From Occultella glacieicola (GTDB taxonomy: Bacteria; Actinomycetota; Actinomycetes; Actinomycetales; Beutenbergiaceae): DNA of 64,000 bases. A program made the translations under genes and the position numbers. Where the stretch lies: NCBI RefSeq assembly GCF_004353825.1, contig NZ_SMNA01000003.1, positions 1 through 64,000 of the forward strand, given 5' to 3'. The notes below the pieces were generated by a model. That model saw nothing but the letters and a program-made list of their open reading frames with translations, was not told where the DNA came from and did not search any database. The stretch's first letter is position 1. Each line of letters starts with the position of its first letter. Positions 57,940-64,000 of this stretch are shown here, one piece after another.

Positions 57940-59321
57940 CGGTCGCGGTCCGGGGTGAGCCGGTCCGTGGCGACCACCACACCCCGGTCGAAACAGATCC
58001 GGAAGAAGTCCGAACCGAAGTCGAGCGCGCCGCTGCGGGCGAGGTAGAACTCGCACCGGCTCGGCTCGGGTGCCGGTGGGATGGGAACCGGAACACCGTC
58101 GGCCGGAATGCTGCGCGGCGGGAGCAGGTCGGCGATCTCGGCCCGTTCCACGCCGGTCTCGATCTGCTGGAACGCCTCGGGGGCCAGCCCGGTGGTGCGG
58201 ACGGTGAGCACCTGCAGCCCGAGGAGTACCGCGCCCAGGATGCACGCGAGCGCGAGCGGGATCATGGCCGGCTGCCACTGACGGCGCCGGGACTGGCGGC
58301 GGGCGTGGATGACGAGCCGCTGCGTGGCCGCATCCTCGCCCTGCGCCGATGCCGACGGGTCCGGCGTCCGCGGAACATGGGCGACGACCTCGAAGCCGCC
58401 GCCGGCCCGGGGCCCGGCATCGAGGCGGCCTCCCGCGAGCCGCACCCGCTCGCTCAGGCCGATCAGACCGAGGCCCGCCCGCGGGGCCCGCGGATCGTCA
58501 CCGCGGTGCTGCGCGGCGTCGTTGACGACCAGGACCACGACCGGATCCTCGGTGGCGTCGACCGTGACCGAGACGTCCGCGCCGGGCGCGTGCCGCGCGG
58601 CATTCGTGAGCGCCTCCTGGACCACCCGGTGCGCCACCGGCGCAACCGACGGCGGTAGGTCACCGGAACTGCGCAACCGTACCGCGACGCCGGCGTCGTG
58701 GGCGCGGGCGACAAGGTCGTCCACCCCCTCCGTCCCCGGCACCCGGGACGCCGGGCTCGCGTCGTCGCGAAGGAGCTCGACGACCGTGTGCAGGCGGTCC
58801 GTGGCAGCCACCGCCCGGGAACGGACCTCGGCCGCAGCCGCCCGGATCCGCTCGGGCGCGTCCGGGGCGAGTTCCAGGGCGCCGCTGCCGAGGGCGATCA
58901 TGGCCAGGTCGTGCCCGATCGTGTCATGCACCTCCTGGGCGATCCGAGCGCGCTCGCGCAGCCGCGCCTGGTCCGAGACGATCTCCTGCAACCGCAGCCG
59001 CTGCTCCTCGCGCAGCCACAGGTACCTCCCGACCCACCACGGCAGGATCACGCCCAGGAATTGCCCGAGCAGGGATACCAGCCAGTCGGAAAGAAAAGAA
59101 TCCGGGTTCCGTAGCCACACCAGGAATAGATTGACAAGGGCGCCGGCACCGAAGGCCACGAGCGCGATTCTGAACGACCGCATTCTGCGCCCGACGAGGA
59201 ATGCTCCGGCGACCACAGCCGGCACGAGCAGGAGAGCCAGGTTGCCGCTGCCGACCGGTAGTGCCACGGTCGCGGCCACGAGTGCGAGCCCGAGGAGGCG
59301 ATCCCGTCCGCGGGTGCTCAT
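57936..59321 (-). CDS. Sensor histidine kinase with extra C-terminal TM and extracytoplasmic domain
   Basis: ERARIAQEVHD, QEALTNAARHA, GLIGLSERV, then TM and a domain with two Cys. Confidence 0.9.
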   Translation of the reverse strand: MSTRGRDRLLGLALVAATVALPVGSGNLALLLVPAVVAGAFLVGRRMRSFRIALVAFGAGALVNLFLVWLRNPDSFLSDWLVSLLGQFLGVILPWWVGRYLWLREEQRLRLQEIVSDQARLRERARIAQEVHDTIGHDLAMIALGSGALELAPDAPERIRAAAAEVRSRAVAATDRLHTVVELLRDDASPASRVPGTEGVDDLVARAHDAGVAVRLRSSGDLPPSVAPVAHRVVQEALTNAARHAPGADVSVTVDATEDPVVVLVVNDAAQHRGDDPRAPRAGLGLIGLSERVRLAGGRLDAGPRAGGGFEVVAHVPRTPDPSASAQGEDAATQRLVIHARRQSRRRQWQPAMIPLALACILGAVLLGLQVLTVRTTGLAPEAFQQIETGVERAEIADLLPPRSIPADGVPVPIPPAPEPSRCEFYLARSGALDFGSDFFRICFDRGVVVATDRLTPDRDR

Positions 59322-59357
59322 ACGTCAAGGCTAGCAGCGGCGGGAACCTGCCTCCCA

Positions 59358-59405
59358 TCCGACGAAGGTCGGAGCCTCGTGCGGACGGCCACTGACCTTC
59401 GTCAG
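59358..59405. promoter_or_regulatory. Two response-regulator-like palindromic boxes
   Basis: TCCGACGAAGGTCGGA (59358-59373) and CTGACCTTCGTCAG (59392-59405), inverted copies of one core. Confidence 0.6.
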
Positions 59406-59484
59406 GTCCTCTTCCTCACCTTCGCGGGTGGTGCTCTGCCGAGGACCCTCCATATTCTCGACCCATGAGGATCGGAATTCACAC

Positions 59485-60414
59485 ATGATCGAAATAGACG
59501 GGCTCAGCAAATGCTTCGGAAAGGCTCGTGCGGTCGATGATCTGACGGTGACGATCAGGCCGGGACTGGTCACGGGATTCCTCGGGCCGAATGGTGCCGG
59601 AAAGTCGACGACGATGAGAATGATCCTCGGCCTGGACCGGCCGAGCGCCGGCCGGGCCCACATCGACGGACACCGGTACGAGGAACTCGCAGACCCGTTG
59701 CGGACCGTCGGTGCCGTTCTCGACGCTCGGGCGGGCCACCCCGGCCAGTCGGCCCGGAGCCACCTGCTCGGCGTCGCCAGGAGCAACGGGCTGGCCCGGA
59801 ACCGGGTGACCGACGTCCTCGAGACCGTCGGGCTCGAGGACGTGGCGGCCAAGCGGATCGGGACGTTCTCCCTCGGCATGACCCAGCGGCTCGGCATCGC
59901 TCGCGCGCTCCTCGGTGACCCGTCAGTGCTCCTCCTGGACGAGCCGGTCAACGGCCTCGACCCGGACGGCGTGCTCTGGATCCGTGGTGTGATGCGCACG
60001 CTGGCGGCCGAGGGGCGCACCGTGCTCGTCTCCAGTCACCTGCTCTCGGAGATGCAGGACACGGCCGATCATCTGGTCATCATCAGCCGGGGCCGCCTGG
60101 TGGCGGACGAGTCGATGTCCGCACTGCTCGCCAGGCGCAGTGCCGGCGCGGCCACCGTCCGCAGCCCACACGGACCGGCGCTCGCCACGGTGCTCGAGAA
60201 CGCCGGGATGTCGGTCACGATCGGCGCGGACTCCGTCCTGCAGGTCACCGGGGCCGACCTCGACGTGATCGGGACCCTCGCCTTCGACCACGGTCACCGG
60301 GTGGACGAGCTCACCTTCCGCCGTCCGTCGCTCGAGGAGGTCTACTTCGACCTCACCGGGGCGGAGCTGGAGTACACGGGCAGACCCATCCGCACGGCGG
60401 TGGTGGCAGCGTGA
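59485..60414 (+). CDS. ABC transporter ATP-binding protein
   Basis: GPNGAGKST, FSLGMTQR, LLDEP, SSH. Confidence 0.93.
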   Translation: MIEIDGLSKCFGKARAVDDLTVTIRPGLVTGFLGPNGAGKSTTMRMILGLDRPSAGRAHIDGHRYEELADPLRTVGAVLDARAGHPGQSARSHLLGVARSNGLARNRVTDVLETVGLEDVAAKRIGTFSLGMTQRLGIARALLGDPSVLLLDEPVNGLDPDGVLWIRGVMRTLAAEGRTVLVSSHLLSEMQDTADHLVIISRGRLVADESMSALLARRSAGAATVRSPHGPALATVLENAGMSVTIGADSVLQVTGADLDVIGTLAFDHGHRVDELTFRRPSLEEVYFDLTGAELEYTGRPIRTAVVAA

Positions 60415-61226
60415 GCACGCCGACGGCGCCCGGCCCGCGAAGCCCGCTCACACCCGTGTCCGACCGAGGGCGGTGGCGTCGCCTGGGCTGCGCCATCGCC
60501 TTCGAATGGACGAAGCTGGCGGGGGTGCGCTCGACGCTGTGGCTCCTGGCGACCGGCACCCTGCTGACCGTGGCCGGTGCCCTCCTGATCGGTGCCTCCG
60601 CACGGGCGAGCGGCGTGAACGGATACGACACCGCGACGCCGGCACCCTGGATCGCGGCACAGAACATCTCGTTCACCCAGGTGGCGATCTTGCTCGTGGC
60701 CGTGTTCGCCGTCACCAGCGAGTACGCGAGCGGCTCGATCCGGACCACGCTCCTGAGCGTCCCGAGCCGGGGCAGCGTGCTGCTCGCGAAGGCGGCCGTC
60801 CTGGCTGGCGGCTCGGCCGTCACCGGTGCCGCACTCGTGCTGTTGGGAACGGTCAGCGCCGCGGCCGTCGCGGCCGAGTACGGCACGTACACGGGCGCCC
60901 AGCTCGGCCATGCCGTGCTCGGCACCGCGATCTCGCTGGCGCTGACCAGCATCCTGGCACTCGGTATCGGAACGACCTTGCGCAACACGGCCGGGACCAT
61001 CCTGACGCTGGTCGTGATCCTGTTCGCCCTGAGCAGCGTGCTGCCGATCTTCGGCCAGGCCTGGCTCACCGACCTGGTCGCGTACCTGCCCGGGTCGGCC
61101 GCCGGGGCCCTGGTCACGAACGCCTCGGAACCCTACGGCCCGGCGGCCGCTCTGGCCGTGCTCGCCGGGTGGGCGGTGGCGGGCCTGTCCGCCGGCTATC
61201 TTGCGCTGCGCAGCCGCGACACCTGA
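60411..61226 (+). CDS. ABC transporter permease
   Basis: FEWTKL..RST, TSEY..GSIRTTL..PSR, six TM helices. Confidence 0.9.
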   Translation: MSTPTAPGPRSPLTPVSDRGRWRRLGCAIAFEWTKLAGVRSTLWLLATGTLLTVAGALLIGASARASGVNGYDTATPAPWIAAQNISFTQVAILLVAVFAVTSEYASGSIRTTLLSVPSRGSVLLAKAAVLAGGSAVTGAALVLLGTVSAAAVAAEYGTYTGAQLGHAVLGTAISLALTSILALGIGTTLRNTAGTILTLVVILFALSSVLPIFGQAWLTDLVAYLPGSAAGALVTNASEPYGPAAALAVLAGWAVAGLSAGYLALRSRDT

Positions 61227-61244
61227 CCCGGCCCGGCAGTTCGC

Positions 61245-61883
61245 TCAGACGACGGGCCGAGCCGCCTCGATCTCGACGGTCGGCAGGTGCTTGGCCGGGA
61301 GGGTCTTCGGGCGCCAGGGCTGGCGCCCGGTCTCGAAGGCCGAGATCTCGCCCTCGTGCTCGAGGGTCAGGCCGATGTCGTCCAGGCCCTCCATCAGGCG
61401 CCAGCGGGTGTAGTCGTCGATCTGGAAGGACGCGACGACATCCCCGCAGATCACGGTGCGCGCCTCGAGGTCGACGGTCACCTCGGTGCCCGGCTCGGAC
61501 TCCAGGATCTTCCAGATGAGTTCGATGTCCTCCTGGGCGACCTGGGCGGCGAGCAGGCCCTGCTTGCCGGAGTTCCCGCGGAAGATGTCCGCGAACCGCG
61601 GCGCGAGTACGGCCTTGAACCCGTAGTCCTTGAGGGCCCAGACGGCGTGTTCCCGCGAGGACCCGGTGCCGAAGTCCGGCCCGGCCACGAGCACGGACCC
61701 GGAGCCGTAAGCCTCCTGGTTCAGCACGAACGACGGATCGCCGCGCCAGGCCGCGAACAGCGCGTCCTCGAACCCCGTGCGGGTGACCCGCTTCAGGTAG
61801 ACGGCGGGGATGATCTGGTCGGTGTCGACGTTGCTGCGGCGCAGCGGCACCCCGACGCCGGTGTGGGTGGTGAACTTCTCCAT
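61245..61883 (-). CDS. leuD: 3-isopropylmalate dehydratase small subunit
   Basis: [24 protein letters not shown]. Confidence 0.97.
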   Translation of the reverse strand: MEKFTTHTGVGVPLRRSNVDTDQIIPAVYLKRVTRTGFEDALFAAWRGDPSFVLNQEAYGSGSVLVAGPDFGTGSSREHAVWALKDYGFKAVLAPRFADIFRGNSGKQGLLAAQVAQEDIELIWKILESEPGTEVTVDLEARTVICGDVVASFQIDDYTRWRLMEGLDDIGLTLEHEGEISAFETGRQPWRPKTLPAKHLPTVEIEAARPVV

Positions 61884-61930
61884 GACTGGTTCCTACGTCC
61901 TTCGTTCTCGGCAGTTCTCGGTGCTGCGGC

Positions 61931-63412
61931 TCAGACCTGGACCTGCAGGCGCGGGTCCAGCGGGGCCAGCGGCGTTCCGTCGAACGTGGTCAGGTCCGTC
62001 TCCTCACCGAGGTCGAGGTCGGCCAGCGAGGACAGGGTGCCGCGGATCGCGGTGGCGGCGGCCACCAGCGGGGACACCAGGTGGGTGCGGCCACCCTTGC
62101 CCTGGCGGCCCTCGAAGTTGCGGTTCGAGGTGGACGCGGCCCGCTCCCCCGGCTTGAGCTGGTCGGGGTTCATGCCCAGGCACATCGAACAGCCGGCGTT
62201 GCGCCACTCGGCCCCGAAGTCGAGGAAGATCCGGTCCAGGCCCTCGGCCTCGGCCTGTAGCCGCACCCGCGCGGAGGCGGGCACCACCAGGACGCGGACG
62301 TCGTCGGCCTTCTTGCGGCCCTTGACGACCTTGGCGACCGAGCGCAGGTCCTCGATCCGCCCGTTCGTGCAGGAGCCGATGAAGACGGTGTCCACGTGGA
62401 TGTCGCGCAGCGGCGTCCCGGGCACCAGGCCCATGTACTCGATGGCCCGCTCGGCGGTGGTGCGCTCGTTGTCGTCGCCGATCTCCTCGGGCACCGGCAC
62501 GTTCGCCGACAGCGGCAGCCCCTGGCCCGGGTTCGTGCCCCACGTGATGAACGGCTCCAGGTCGGCGGCCTTCAGCACCACCTCGGCGTCGAAGGTCGCG
62601 TCGTCGTCGGAGCGCAGCGTCCGCCAGTACTCGACGGCGGCGTCCCAGTCGGCCCCCTCGGGGGCGTGCGGGCGGCCCTTGAGATAGTCGAACGTGGTCT
62701 GGTCCGGCGCGATCATGCCGGCCCGCGCGCCCGCCTCGATCGACATGTTGCAGATCGTCATCCGCGCCTCCATGGAGAGCTTGCGGATCGCCTCGCCCCG
62801 GTACTCGAGCACGTAGCCCTGACCGCCGCCGGTGCCGATCTTGGCGATGATCGCCAGGATGATGTCCTTGGACGTCGCGCCGGGCGGCAGTTCGCCGTCG
62901 ACCGTGATCGCCATCGTCCTGAACGGGGCCAGCGGCAGCGTCTGGGTGGCGAGGACGTGCTCGACCTCGCTGGTGCCGATCCCGAAGGCGAGCGCTCCGA
63001 ACGCGCCGTGGGTGGAGGTGTGGGAGTCGCCGCACACGACCGTGAGGCCGGGCATGGTCAGCCCGAGCTGCGGGCCCACCTGGTGCACGATGCCCTGGTC
63101 GGCGTCGCCGAGCGAGTGCAGCCGGATGCCGAACTCCTTGGCGTTGGCCCGCAGGGTGTCGATCTGGGTCCGGCTGGTCAGGTCCGCGATCGGCAGGTCG
63201 ATGTCCAGGGTGGGGGTGTTGTGGTCCTCGGTGGCGAGGGTCAGGTCCGGGCGGCGGACCGTCCGGCCGGCGAGGCGAAGGCCCTCGAACGCCTGCGGGC
63301 TGGTCACCTCGTGGACCAGGTGGAGGTCGATGTAGAGCAGGTCCGGAACACCGTCCGCTCCCTTGCGGACCACGTGGTCCTGCCACACCTTCTCAGCCAG
63401 AGTTCCGGCCAT
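61931..63412 (-). CDS. leuC: 3-isopropylmalate dehydratase large subunit
   Basis: [41 protein letters not shown]. Confidence 0.98.
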   Translation of the reverse strand: MAGTLAEKVWQDHVVRKGADGVPDLLYIDLHLVHEVTSPQAFEGLRLAGRTVRRPDLTLATEDHNTPTLDIDLPIADLTSRTQIDTLRANAKEFGIRLHSLGDADQGIVHQVGPQLGLTMPGLTVVCGDSHTSTHGAFGALAFGIGTSEVEHVLATQTLPLAPFRTMAITVDGELPPGATSKDIILAIIAKIGTGGGQGYVLEYRGEAIRKLSMEARMTICNMSIEAGARAGMIAPDQTTFDYLKGRPHAPEGADWDAAVEYWRTLRSDDDATFDAEVVLKAADLEPFITWGTNPGQGLPLSANVPVPEEIGDDNERTTAERAIEYMGLVPGTPLRDIHVDTVFIGSCTNGRIEDLRSVAKVVKGRKKADDVRVLVVPASARVRLQAEAEGLDRIFLDFGAEWRNAGCSMCLGMNPDQLKPGERAASTSNRNFEGRQGKGGRTHLVSPLVAAATAIRGTLSSLADLDLGEETDLTTFDGTPLAPLDPRLQVQV

Positions 63413-63475
63413 GTCACGTCACCTTCTTCGTTCTGAACCCCGTGGGTGTCGGGGCTGTGTTGCCATCCGGACTTG

Positions 63476-63494
63476 CGTCTCACGGTGCGAGACG
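63476..63494. promoter_or_regulatory. Probable NdgR operator
   Basis: Near-palindrome CGTCTCACGGTGCGAGACG between leuC and ndgR. Confidence 0.65.
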
Positions 63495-63507
63495 GCAATA
63501 TCGACCT

Positions 63508-64000
63508 ATGGACAACTCTAGCGGAGTCGGCGTTCTTGACAAGGCGGCCATCGTCCTGGGTGCTCTCGAGGCGGGCCCCGCGACCCTGGCCCAGTTGGTG
63601 GCGGCGACCCATCTCGCCCGCCCCACGGCGCACCGCCTCGCGGTCGCGCTCGAACACCACCGCCTCGTCTCCCGCGACATGCAGGGCCGGTTCGTGCTCG
63701 GCCCACGCCTGGCCGAGCTCGCGTCGGCGGCCGGCGAGGACCGCCTGCTCGCCGCGGCAGGGTCGGTGCTGCTGGCCCTGCGCGACCACACCGGGGAGAG
63801 CGCGCAGTTGTTCCGTCGCCAGGGCGATCAGCGCATCTGCGTCGCTGCCGCGGAGAAGCAGATGGGCCTGCGCGACTCGATCCCGGTCGGCGCCACGCTC
63901 TCGATGCTGGCCGGCTCGGCGGCGCAGATCCTGCTCGCCTGGGAGGAGCCCGACCGTCTGCACCGCGGCCTGCACGGCGCGAAGTTCACGGCCACGATCC
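63508..64000 (+). CDS. ndgR: IclR-family regulator NdgR/LtbR (3' end outside window)
   Basis: MDNSSGVGVLDKAA..RPTAHRLAVALEHHRLV; divergent from leuC; not in ORF track because it runs off the edge. Confidence 0.9.
   Translation, partial: MDNSSGVGVLDKAAIVLGALEAGPATLAQLVAATHLARPTAHRLAVALEHHRLVSRDMQGRFVLGPRLAELASAAGEDRLLAAAGSVLLALRDHTGESAQLFRRQGDQRICVAAAEKQMGLRDSIPVGATLSMLAGSAAQILLAWEEPDRLHRGLHGAKFTATI

Overview
High-GC actinobacterial chromosome (Micrococcales-like; inferred from gene order and codon usage). The backbone is the conserved ndgR-leuCD-murA-plsC-ddl-thiL-rpmB-recG-rsmD-coaD-DUF177-rnc-mutM region, plus cydC-devS/devR, with accessory blocks between the core genes. Three observations stand out. 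(1) A decayed IS nest at 2.9-5.8 kb (IS1634 > IS3 > IS110 > IS256). The IS110 left end still holds a readable two-loop bridge-RNA-like structure, and its putative target guide (TTTCTTCGC) matches the IS3 orfA-end sequence it inserted into. (2) A caspase-like protease resembling the type IV Thoeris effector, followed by a membrane protein with a putative TIR-like domain and a YefM-YoeB module flanked by a duplicated mutM 3' end; this is a candidate new defence system. (3) A short alanyl-tRNA synthetase paralogue with no editing domain, preceded by an unannotated Ala-rich leader peptide and mutually exclusive SD/anti-SD helices, i.e. a putative Ala-tRNA-sensing translational attenuator. Also present are uronate/KDG catabolism genes, an LPXTG surface protein, two TCS-ABC modules and many operator-like motifs. 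rpmF and gpsA are missing from their usual positions. No tRNA, rRNA or CRISPR array was seen. All family calls come from motif recognition by eye, not database searches.
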